64,000 nt of DNA, from the NCBI RefSeq assembly GCF_009914755.1, contig NC_060933.1; one strand, written 5' to 3'. Source of the stretch: the human T2T-CHM13v2.0 reference genome, Homo sapiens. Below the pieces are notes generated by a model. It saw nothing but the letters and a program-made list of their open reading frames with translations. It was not told where the DNA came from and ran no database searches. Both the position numbers and the translations under genes were made by a program. Positions 28,030 to 41,000 of this stretch are shown here, one piece after another (positions within the stretch are counted from its first letter, which is position 1; every line of letters starts with the position of its first letter).

Positions 28030-31000
28030 TGCCATTCCACTCGTGTTGATTCCATTCTTTCCATTCCATTCAAGTTGAATCCATTCCATTGCATTCCATT
28101 CTATTCCATTCCCCTGCAGTCGGGTTGATTGCATTCCATTCCATTCCATTCCATTCCATTCCATTCCATTCCGTTCCGTTCCATTCCATTCCATTCCTTT
28201 CTATTCGGGTTAATTCCATTCCATTCCATTCCATTCCAATCGAGTTGATTCCATTCCATTCCATTCCATTCCACTCCATTCCAGTCCTTTCCATTCCATT
28301 CCACTCGGGTTGATTCCAATGTATTCCTTTCCATTCCATTCCATTTCATTGCAATCGAGTTGATTCCATTGCTTTGCATTCCATTCCATTCCATTCCATT
28401 CCGGATGATTCCATTCCATTGCATTCCATTCCATTCCATTCCCCTGCACTCGGGTTGATTCCATTCCATTCCACTCCATTCCGTTCCATTCCATTCCATT
28501 CCATTGTATTCGGGTTAATTCCATTCCATTCCATTCCATTCCATTCCATTCCATTCCATTCCATTCCATTACAATCGAGTTGATTCCATTCCATTCCATT
28601 CCATTCCAGTCCTTTCCATTCCATTCCACTCGGGTTGATTCCATTCTATTAGTTTCCATTCCATTCCATTCCCTTCCATTCCACTCTGGTTGATACCATT
28701 CCTTTCCATTCCACTCGAATACATTCCCTCCTATTCCACTCGGAACGATTCCATTCCATTCCATTCCATTCCATTCCATTCCATTCCATTCCATTTCGTT
28801 CCATTCCATTCTATTCCGTATCATTCCATTCCATTCCATTCCATTCCATTCCATTCCATTCCATTCCATTCCTTTCCGTTCCATTCCATTCCATTCCATT
28901 CCATTCCATTCCGTTCCGTTCCGTTCCGTTCCGTTCCATTCCATTCCATTCCATTCTATTCGGGTTAATTCCATTCCATTCCATTCCATTGCCATCGAGT
29001 TGATTCCATTCCATTCCATTCCATTCCATTCCATTCCATTCCATTCCATTACTTTCCATTCCATTACGGATGACTCCATTCCATTGCATTCCATTCCATT
29101 CCATTCCCCTGTACTCGGGTTGATTCCATTCCATTCCATTCCACTCCATTCGGTTCCGTTGCATTCCATTCTATTGCATTCCATTCTATTCGGGTTAATT
29201 CCATTCCATTCTATTCCATTCCATTCTATTCCATTCCATTGCAATGGAGTTGATTCCATTCCTTTCCATTCCATTCCGGATGATTCCATTCCATTGCATT
29301 CCATTCTATTCCATTCCCCTACACTCATGTTGATTCCATTCCATTCCATTCCATTCCATTCCGTTCCATTCCATTCCATTCTATTCCTGTTAATTCCATT
29401 CCATTCCATTCCATTCCATTCCATTCCATTGCAATCGAGTTGTTTCCATTCCATTCCTTTCCATTCCATTCCATTGCTTTGCATTCCACTCGGGTTGATT
29501 CCATTCCCTTATTTCCACTCCATTACATTCCCTTCCATTCCACTCGGAATGATTGATTCCATTCCATTCCATTCCATTTCATTCCATTGCAATCCATTCC
29601 AATCCATTCCATTCCATTCCATTCCACTCGAGTTGACTTCATTCCATTCCTTTCCATTCCATTCCATTCCTTTCCACTCGAGTTGATTCCATTCCATTCC
29701 AATCCATTGCATTCCATTCCATGCCATGCCACTCGGGTTGATTCCATTCCTTTGCATTCCATTCCATTCCATTCCATTGCATTCCATTCATTTCCATTCC
29801 GTTGCATTCCATTCCATTACATTCGGATTGATTCTATTCAACTCCCTTACTCTCCATTACATTCCATTCCATTCGGGTTGTTCCATTCCATTCCATTCAA
29901 TTCCACTCCATTCCATTGCACTCGGGTTGATTCCATTCCGTTCCATTCCATTGCATTCCATTCCGGATGATTCCATTCCATTGCATTCCGTTCCATTACA
30001 TTCCCCTGCACTCGGGTTGATTCCATTCCATTCCATTCCATTCCATTCGATTCCATTCCATTCCCCTGCACTCGCGTTGATTCCATTCCATTCCATTCCA
30101 TTCCATTCCATTCCATTCCATTCCTTTCCATTCCAGTCCTTTCCATTCCATTCCACTCGGGTTGATTCCATTCTATTAGTTTCCATTCCATTCCATTCCC
30201 TTCCATTCCACTCTGGTTGATTCCATTCCTTTCCATTCCACTCGAATACATTCCCTCCTATTCCACTCGGAACGATTCCATTCCATTCCATTCCATTCCA
30301 GTCCATTCCATTCCATTTCGTTCCATTCCATTCTATTCCGTATCATTCCATTCCATTCCATTCCATTCCATTCCACTCGTGTTGATTTCATTCCTTTCCA
30401 TTCCATTCGGTTTGAAGGCATTCCATTCCATTCCATTCCATTCCATTCCATTCCAGTCCATTCCATTCCATTGTACTCGGGTTGATTCCATTCCATTTCA
30501 TTCCATTCCATTCCATTCCGTTGCATTCCATTCCATTACATTCGGATTGATTCTATTCAACTCCCTTACTCTCCATTACATTCCATTCCATTCGGGTTGT
30601 TCCATTCCATTCCATTCCATTCCACTCCATTCCATTGCACTCGGATTGATTCCATTCCATTCCATTCCATTCAATTCCATTCCATTCCGGATGATTCCAT
30701 TCCATTGCATTCCGTTCCATTACATTCCCCTGGACTTGGGTTGATTCCATTCCATTCCATTCCATTCCATTCGATTCCATTCCATTCCAATTCTTTCCAT
30801 TCCATTCTATTCCGTACCATTCCATTCCATGCCATACAATTCCATTCCATTCCATTCCACTCCGTTCCGTTCCGTTCCGTTCCGTTCCGTTCCGTTCCAT
30901 TCCATTCCATTCCATTCTATTCGGTTTAATTCCATTCCATTCCATTCCATTCCATTCCATTCCATTCTATTCCATTCCATTGCAATCGAGTTGAATCCAT

Positions 31001-31299
31001 TGCATTCCATTCCATTCCATTCCATTCCATTCCGGAAGATTCCATTCCATTGCATTCCATTCCATTCCATTCCATTCCATTCCATTCCATTCCCTTCCAT
31101 TCCATAGTACTCGGGTTGATTCCATTCCATTGCATTCCATTCCATTCCATTCCATTCCATTCCATTCCGTTCCATTCCATTCCATTACATTCGGATTGAT
31201 TCTTTTCAACTCCCTTACTCTCCATTACATTCCATTCCATTCGGTTTGTTCCATTCAATTCCATTCCATTCCACTCCATTCCATTGCACTCGGGTTGAT

Positions 31300-34200
31300 T
31301 CCATTCCATTCCATTCCATTCATTCCGGATGATTCCATTCCATTGCATTCCGTTCCATTACATTCCCCTGCACTCGGGTTGATTCCATTCCATTCCATTC
31401 CATTCCATTCGATTCCATTCCATTCCCCTGCACTCGCGTTGATTCCATTCCATTCAATTCCATTGCATTCCATTCCATTCCATTCCTTTCCATTCCAGTC
31501 TTTTCCATTCCATTCCACTCGGGTTGATTCCATTCTATTAGTTTCCATTCCATTCCATTCCCTTCCATTCCACTCTGGTTGATTCCATTCCTTTCCATTC
31601 CACTCGAATACATTCCCTCCTATTCCACTCGGAACGATTCCATTCCATTCAATTCCATTCCATTTCGTTCCATTCCATTCTATTCCGTATCATTCCATTC
31701 CATTCCATTCCATTCCATTCCATTCCATTGTACTCGGGTTGATTCCATTCCATTGCATTCCATTCCATTCCATTCCATTCCATTCCATTCCATTCCGTTG
31801 CATTCCATTCCATTACATTCGGATTGATTCTATTCAACTCCCTTACTCTCTATTACATTCCATTCCATTTGGGTTGTTCCATTCCATTCCATTCCATTCC
31901 ACTCCATTCCATTGCACTCGGGTTGATTCCATTCCATTCCATTCCATTCCATTCCATTCAATTCCATTCCATTACAATTCGTTCCATTCCATTCTATTCC
32001 GTACCATTCCATTCCATTCCATACCATTCCATTCCATTCCATTCCATTCCATTCCATTCCGTTCCATTCCGTGCCATTCCATTCTATTCGGGTTAATTCC
32101 ATTCCATTCCATTCCATTCCATTCCATTCCATTCCATTCCATTGCAATCGAGTTGAATCAATTGCATTTCATTCCATTCCATTCCATTCCATTCCATTCC
32201 GGAAGATTCCATTCCATTGCATTCCATTCCATTCCATTCCCCTGCACTCGCGTTGATTGCATTCCATTCCATTCCATTCCATTCCATCCATTTCATTCCG
32301 TTCCGTTCCATTCCATTCCATTCCATTCCGTTCCGTTCCATTCCATTCCATTCCATTCTATTCGGGTTAATTCCATTCCATTCCATTCGATTGCAATCGA
32401 CTTGATTCCATTCCATTCCATTCCATTCCATTCCATTCCATTCCATTCCTTTCCATTCCATTACGGATGATTCCATTCCATTGCATTCCATTCCATTCCA
32501 TTCCCCTGTACACGGGTTGATTCCATTCCATTCCATTCCAATCCATGCCATTGCACTCGTGTTGATTCCATTCTTTCCATTCCATTCATGTTGAATCCAT
32601 TCCATTTCATTCCATTCCATTCGATTCCATTCGATTGCACTCGGGTTGATTCCATTCCATTACATTGCATTCCATTCAATTCCATTCCATTCCATTCCAT
32701 TCCGTTCCATTCCATTCCATTACATTCGGATTGATTCTATTCAATTCCCTTACACTCCATTACATTCCATTCCATTCGGGTAGTTTCCATTCCATTCCAT
32801 TGCATTCCTCTCCATTCCATTGCACTCGGGTTGATTCCATTCCATTGCATTCCATTCCATTCCATTCAATTCCATTCCGTTCCATTCCATTCCATTACAT
32901 TCGGATTGATTCTATTCAACTCCCTTACTCTCCATTACATTCGATTCCATTCGGGTTGTTCCATTCCATTCCATTCCATTCCACTCCATTCCATTGCACT
33001 CGGGTTGATTCCATTCCATTCCATTCCATTCCATTCCATTCCATTCCATTCCGGAAGATTCCATTCTATTGCATTCCATTCCATTCCATTCCCCTGCACT
33101 CGCGTTGATTCCATTCCATTCCATTCCATTCCATTCCATTCCATTCCATTCCATTCCTTTCCGTTCCTTTCCATTCCATTCCATTCCATTCCAATCCATT
33201 CCACTCCGTTCCGTTCCGTTCCATTCCATTCCATTCCATTCTATTCGGGTTAATTCCATTCCATTCCATTCGATTGCAATCGCGTTGATTCCATTCCATT
33301 CTATTCCATTCCATTCCATTCCTTTCCATTCCATTACGGATGATTCCATTCCATTGCATTCCATTCCATTCCATTCCCCTGTACTCGGTTTGATTCCATT
33401 CCATTCCATTCCAATCCATGCCATTCCACTCGTGTTGATTCCATTCTTTCCATTCCATTCAAGTTGAATCCATTCCATTGCATTCCATTCCATTCCATTC
33501 CCCTGCAGTCGGGTTGATTCCATTCCATTCCATTCCATTCCATTCCATTCTATTCCATTCCATTCCGTTCCGTTCCATTCCATTCCATTCCTTTCTATTC
33601 GGGTTAATTCCATTCCATTCCATTCCAATCGAGTTGATTCCATTCCATTCCATTCCATTCCACTCCATTCCAGTCCTTTCCATTCCATTCCACTCGGGTT
33701 GATTCCAATGTATTCCTTTCCATTCCATTCCATTTCATTGCAATCGAGTTGATTCCATTGCTTTGCATTCCATTCCATTCCATTCCATTCCGGATGATTC
33801 CATTCCATTGCATTCCATTCCATTCCATTCCCCTGCACTCGGGTTGATTCCATTCCATTCCACTCCATTCCGTTCCATTCCATTCCATTCCATTGTATTC
33901 GGGTTAATTCCATTCCATTCCATTCCATTCCATTCCATTCCATTCCATTCCATTACAATCGAGTTGATTCCATTCCATTCCATTCCATTCCAGTCATTTC
34001 CATTCCATTCCACTCGGGTTGATTCCATTCTATTAGTTTCCATTCCATTCCATTCCCTTCCATTCCACTCTGGTTGATACCATTCCTTTCCATTCCACTC
34101 GAATACATTCCCTCCTATTCCACTCGGAACGATTCCATTCCAATTCATTCCATTCCATTCCATTCCATTCCATTCCATTTCGTTCCATTCCATTCTATTC

Positions 34201-34300
34201 CGTATCATTCCATTCCATTCCATTCCATTCCATTCCATTCCATTCCTTTCCGTTCCATTCCATTCCATTCCGTTCCGTTCCGTTCCTTTCCATTCCATTC
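31300..34300 (+). repeat. Diverged ~3 kb copy of ~25800-28900
   Basis: ORF pairs at offsets 5494 (26085/31579), 5399 (27062/32461, 27266/32665, 27432/32831) and 5389 (28070/33459, 28374/33763). Shared variants: CAGTCTTTTCC, CATTTGGGTTG, GAATCAATTGC, GGTTGATACC. Confidence 0.8.
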
Positions 34301-34670
34301 CATTCCATTCTATTCGGGTTAATTCCAATCCATTCCATTCGATTGCAATCGAGTTGATTCCATTCCATTCCATTCCATTCCATTCCTTTCCATTCCATTA
34401 CGGATGATTCCATTCCATTGCATTCCATTCCATTCCATTCCCCTGTACTCGGGTTGATTCCATTCCATTCCATTCCAATCCATGCCATTCCACTCGTGTT
34501 GATTCCATTCTTTCCATTCCATTCAAGTTGAATCCATTCCATTGCATTCCCTTCCATTCCATTCCCCTGCACTCGCGTTGATTCCATTCCATTCCCTTCC
34601 ATTCCATTCCATTCCATTCCATTCCATTCCATTCCTTTCCGTTCCATTCCATTCCATTCCATTCCATTCC

Positions 34671-34705
34671 GTTCCGTTCCGTTCCGTTCCGTTCCGTTCC
34701 GTTCC
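34671..34705 (+). repeat. (GTTCC)7 variant run (also 48528-48562; (TCCGT)7 at 30861-30895; five units at 28911-28935)
   Basis: Directly visible uninterrupted runs of the A>G pentamer variant. Confidence 0.9.
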
Positions 34706-34849
34706 AATCCATTCCATTCCATTCTATTCGGGTTAATTCCAATCCATTTCATTCGATTGCAATGGAGTTGATTCCATTCCATTCCATTCCATTCCATTCC
34801 TTTCCATTCCATTACGGATGATTCCATTCCATTCCATTCCACTCCACTC

Positions 34850-36080
34850 CATTCCAGTCCTTTCCATTCCATTACTCTCGGGTTGATTCCATTCTATTCC
34901 TTTCCATTCCATTCCATTCCATTGCAATCGAGTTGATTCCATTGCTTTGCATTCCATTCCATTCCATTCCATTCCGGATGATTCCATTCCATTGCATTCC
35001 ATTCCATTCCATTCCCCTGCAATCGTGTTGATTCCATTCCATTCCACTCCATTCCGTTCCATTCCATTCCATTCCATTGTATTCGGGTTAATTCCATTCC
35101 ATTCCATTCCATTCCATTCCATTCCATTCCATTCCATTCCATTACAATCGAGTTGATTCCATTCCATTCAATTCCATTCCATTCCATTCCATTCCAGTCC
35201 TTTCCATTCCATTGCACTCGGGTTGATTCCATTCTATTAGTTTCCATTCCATTCCATTCCCTTCCATTCCACTCTGGTTGATTAAATTCCTTTCCATTCC
35301 ACTCGAATACATTCCCTCCTATTCCACTCGGAACGATTCCATTCCATTCTATTCCATTCCATTCCATTCCATTCCATTCCATTTCGTTCCATTCCATTCT
35401 ATTCCGTATCATTCCATTCCATTCCATTCCATTCCATTCCGTTCCGTTCCATTCCATTCCATTCCATTCTATTCGGGTTAATTCCATTCCATTCCATTCC
35501 ATTCCATTCCAATCGAGTTGATTCCATTCCATTCCATTCCATTCCACTCGATTCCAGTCCTTTCCATTCCATTCCACTCGGGTTGATTCCAATGTATTCC
35601 TTTCCATTCCATTCCATTCCATTGCAATCGAGTTGATTCCATTGCTTTGCATTCCATTCCATTCCGGATGATTCCATTCCATTGCATTCCATTCCATTCT
35701 ATTCCCCTGCACTCGGGTTGATTCCATTCCATTCCACTCCATTCCGTTCCATTCCATTCCATTCCATTGTATTCGGGTTAATTCCATTCCATTCCATTCC
35801 ATTCCATTCCATTCCATTACAATCTAGTTGATTCCATTCCATTCCATTCCATTCCAGTCCTTTCCATTCCATTCCACTCGGGTTGATTCCATTCTATTAG
35901 TTTCCATTCCATTCCATTCCCTTCCATTCCACTCTGGTTGATACCATTCCTTTCCATTCCACTCGAATACATTCCCTCCTATTCCACTCGGAACGATTCC
36001 ATTCCATTCCACTCCATTCCATTCCATTCCATTCCATTTCGTTCCATTCCATTCTATTCCGTATCATTCCATTCCATTCC
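34850..36080 (+). repeat. ~660-690 bp tandem pair of the GCTTTGC...CTATTAG...CGAATACATTCCCTCC block
   Basis: ACTCGAATAC at 35301 and 35961; ORFs 35278 and 35938 offset by 660; same ordered modules. Confidence 0.75.
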
Positions 36081-37455
36081 ATTTCATTCCATTCCATTCC
36101 ATGCCATTGTACTCGGGTTGATTCAATTCCATTGCATTCCATTCCATTCCATTCCATTCCATTCCGTTGCATTCCATTCCATTACATTCGGATTGATTCT
36201 ATTCAACTCCCTTACTCTCCATTACATTCCACTCCATTCGGGTTGTTCCATTCCATTCCATTCCACTCCATTCCATTGCACTCGGGTTGATTCCATTCCA
36301 TTCCATTCCATTCCATTCCATTCCCGATGATTCCATTCCATTGCATTCCGTTCCATTACATTCCCCTACACTCGCGTTGATTCCATTCCATTCCATTCCA
36401 TTGCATTCAATTCCATTCCATTACAATTCGTTCCATTCCATTCTATTCGGTACCATTCCATTCCATTCCATACCATTCCATTCCATTCCATTCCATTCCA
36501 TTCCGTTCCATTCCGTTCCATTCCATTCCATTCCATTCTATTCGGATTAATTCCATTCCATTCCATTCCATTCCATTCTACTCCATTCCATTGCAATCGA
36601 GTTGAATCCATTGCATTTCATTCAATCCATTCCATTCCATTCCATTCCGGAAGATTCCATTCCATTGCATTCCATTCCATTCCATTCCCCTGCACTCGCG
36701 TTGATTGCATTCCATTCCATTCCATTCCATTCCATCCGTTCCGTTCCATTCCATTCCATTCCATTCCATTCCATTCCATTCCATTCCGTTCCGTTCCATT
36801 CCATTCCATTCCATTCTATTCGGGTTAATTCCATTCTTTTCCATTCGATTGCAATCGAGTTGATTCCATTCCATTCCATTCCTTTCCATTCCATTACGGA
36901 TGATTCCATTCCATTGCATTCCATTCCATTCCATTCCCCTGTACTCGGGTTGATTCCATTCCATTCCATTCCAATCCATGCCATTCCACTCGTGTTGATT
37001 CCATTCTTTCCATTCCATTCAAGTTGAATCCATTCCATTGCATTCCATTCCATTCGATTCCATTCGATTGCACTCGGGTTGATTCCATTCCATTGCATTC
37101 CATTCCATTCCATTCCGTTCCATTCCATTCCATTACATTCGGATTGATTCTATTCAATTCCCTTACACTCCATTACATTCCATTCCATTCGGGTAGTTTC
37201 CATTCCATTCCATTCCATTCCTCTCCATTCCATTGCACTCGGGTTGATTCGATTCCATTGCATTCCATTCCATTCCATTCCATTCCATTCCGTTCCATTC
37301 CATTCGATTACATTCGGATTGATTCTATTCAACTCCCTTACTCTCCATTACATTCCATTCCATTCGGGTTGTTCCATTCCATTCCATTCCATTCCACTCC
37401 ATTCCATTGCACTCGTGTTGATTCCATTCCATTCCATTCCATTCCATTCCATTCC

Positions 37456-37916
37456 ATTCCGGAAGATTCCATTCCATTGCATTCCATTCCATTCCATTCC
37501 CCTGCACTCGCGTTGATTCCATTCCATTCCATTCTATTCCATTCCATTCCCTTCCTTTCCGTTCCATTCCATTCCATTCCGTTCCGTTCCATTCCATTCC
37601 ATTCCATTCTATTCGGGTTAATTCCATTCCATTCCATTCGATTGCAATCGAGTTGATTCCATTCCATTCCATTCCATTCCATTCCGGAAGATTCCATTCC
37701 ATTGCATTCCATTCCATTCCATTCCCCTGCACTCGCGTTGATTCCATTCCATTCCATTCCATTCCATTCCATTCCATTCCATTCCTTTCCGTTCCATTCC
37801 ATTCCATTCCATTCCATTCCAATCCATTCCATTCCGTTCCGTTCCGTTCCATTCCATTCCATTCCATTCTATTCGGGTTAATTCCATTCCATTCCATTCA
37901 ATTGCAATCGAGTTGA
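37456..37916 (+). repeat. ~225 bp imperfect tandem duplication giving two adjacent HSE modules (also 51313-51773)
   Basis: ATTCCGGAAGATTCC at 37456 and 37681, each followed by CCCCTGCACTCGCG, CGGGTTAA and TGCAATCGAG. Confidence 0.75.
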
Positions 37917-38099
37917 TTCCATTCCATTCTATTCCATTCCATTCCATTCCATTCCATTCCTTTCCATTCAATTCCATTACGGATGATTCCATTCCATTGC
38001 ATTCCATTCCATTCCATTCCCCTGTACTCGGGTTGATTCCATTCCATTCCATTCCAATCCATGCCATTCCACTCGTGTTGATTCCATTCTTCCATTCCA

Positions 38100-41000
38100 T
38101 TCAAGTTGAATCCATTCCATTGCATTCCATTCCATTCAATTCCATTCGATTGCACTCGGGTTGATTCCATTCCATTGCATTCCATTCCATTCCATTCCAT
38201 TCCATTCCATTCCATTCCATTCCGTTCCATTCCATTCCTTTACATTCGGATTGATTCTATTCAATTCCCTTACACTCCGTTACATTCCATTCCATTCGGG
38301 TAGTTTCCATTCCATTCCATTCCATTCCTCTCCATTCCATTGCACTCGGGTTGATTCCATTCCATTGCATTCCATTCCATTCCATTCAATTCCATTCCGT
38401 TCCATTCCATTCCATTACATTCGGATTGATTCTATTCAACTCCCTTACTCTCCATTACATTCCATTCCATTCGGGTTGTTCCATTCCATTCCATTCCATT
38501 CCACTCCATTCCATTGCACTCGGGTTGATTCCATTCCATTCCATTCCATTCCATTCCATTCCATTCCATTCCGGAAGATTCCATTCCATTGCATTCCATT
38601 CCATTCCATTCCCATGCACTCGCGTTGATTCCATTCCATTCCATTCCATTCCATTCCATTCCATTCCATTCCATTCCTTTCCGTTCCATTCCATTCCATT
38701 CCATTCCATTCCAATCCATTCCATTCCGTTCTGTTCCGTTCCATTCCATTCCATTCCATTCTATTCAGGTTAATTCCATTCCATTCCATTCGATTGCAAT
38801 CGAGTTGATTCCATTCCATTCCATTCCATTCCATTCCTTTCCATTCCATTACGGATGATTCCATTCCATTGCATTCCATTCCATTCCATTCCCCTGTACT
38901 CGGGTTGATTCCATTCCATTACATTCCAATCCATGCCATTCCACTCGTGTTGATTCCATTCTTTCCATTCCATTCAAGTTGAATCCATTCCATTGCATTC
39001 CATTCCATTCCATTCCCCTGCAGTCGGGTTGTTTCCATTCCATTCCATTCCATTCCATTCCGTTCCATTCCGTTCCATTCCATTCCATTCCATTCTATTC
39101 GGATTAATTCCATTCCATTCCATTCCATTCCATTCCATTCCAATCGAGTTGATTCCATTCCATTCCATTCCATTCCATTCCATTCCACTCCATTCCAGTC
39201 CTTTCCATTCCATTCCACTCGGGTTGATTCCAATGTATTCCTTTCCATTCCATTCCATTCCATTGCAATCGAGTTGATTCCATTGCTTTGCATTCCATTC
39301 CATTCCATTCCATTCCGGATGATTCCATTCCATTGCATTCCATTCCATTCCGTTCCCCTGCACTCGGGTTGATTCCATTCGATTCCACTCCATTCCGTTC
39401 CATTCCATTCCATTGCATTGTATTCGGGTTAATTCCATTCCATTCCATTCCATTCCATTCCATTCCATTACAATCGAGTTGATTCCATTCCATTCCATTC
39501 CATTCCAGTCCTTTCCATTCCATTCCTCTCGGGTTGATTCCATTCTATTAGTTTCCATTCCATTCCATTCCCTTCCATTCCACTCAGGTTTTTTCCATTC
39601 CTTTCCATTCCACTCGAATACATTCCCTCCTATTCCACTCAGAACGATTCCATTCCATTCCATTCCATTCCATTCCATTCCATTCCATTTTGTTCCATTC
39701 CATTCTATTCCGTATCATTCCATTCCATTCCATTCCATTCCATTCCATTCCATTCCATTCCATTGTACTCGGGTTGATTCATTTCCATTGCATTCCATTC
39801 CATTCCATTCCATTCCATTCCATTCCATTCCGTTCCGTTCCGTTCCATTCCATTCCATTCCATTCCATTCCATTCCATTCCATTCCGTTCCGTTGCATTC
39901 CATTCCATTCCATTCCATTCTATTCGGGTTAATTCCATTCCATTCCATTCGATTGCAGTCGAGTTGATTCCATTCCATTCCATTCCATTCCATTCCATTC
40001 CTTTCCATTCCATTACGGATGATTCCATTCCATTGCATTCCATTCCATTCCATTCCCCTGTACTCGGGTTGATTCCATTCCATTCCATTCCAATCCATGC
40101 CATTCCACTCGTGTTGATTCCATTCTTTCCTTTCCATTCAAGTTGAATCCATTCCATTGCATTCCATTCCATTCGATTCCATTCTATTGCACTCGGGTTG
40201 ATTCCATGGCATTGCATTCCATTCCATTGCATTCCATTCCATTCCATTCCATTCCGTTGCATTCCATTCCATTACATTCAGATTGATTCTATTCAACTCC
40301 CTTACTCTCCATTACATTCCATTCCCTTCGGGTTGTTCCATTCCATTCCATTCCATTCCACTCCATTCCATTGCACTCGGGTTGATTCCATTCCATTCCA
40401 TTCCATTCCATTCCATTCCATTCCATTCCGGATGATTCCATTCCATTGCATTCCGTTCCATTACATTCCCCTGCACTCGCGTTGATTCCATTCCATTCCA
40501 TTCCCTTCCATTCAATTCCATTCCATTACAATTCGTTCCATTCCATTCTATTCAGTACCATTCCATTCCATTCCATACCATTCCATTCCATTCCATTCCA
40601 TTCCATTCCGTTCCATTGCGTTCCATTCCATTCCATTCCATTCTATTCGGGTTAATTCCATTCCATTCCATTCCATTCCATTCCATTCCATTCTATTCCA
40701 TTCCATTGCAATCGAGTTGAATCCATTGCAGTTCATTCCATTCCATTCCATTCCATTCCATTCCGGAAGATTCCATTCCATTGCATTCCACTCCATTCCA
40801 TTCCCCTGCACTCGCGTTGATTCCATTCCATTCCATTCCATTCCATTCCATCCATTCCGTTCTGTTCCGTTCCATTCCATTCCATTCCATTCCATTCCAT
40901 GCCGTTCCGTTCCATTCCATTCCATTCCATTCCATTCTATTCTGGTTAATTCCATTCCATTCCATTCGATTGCAATCGAGTTGTGTTCCATTCCATTCCA

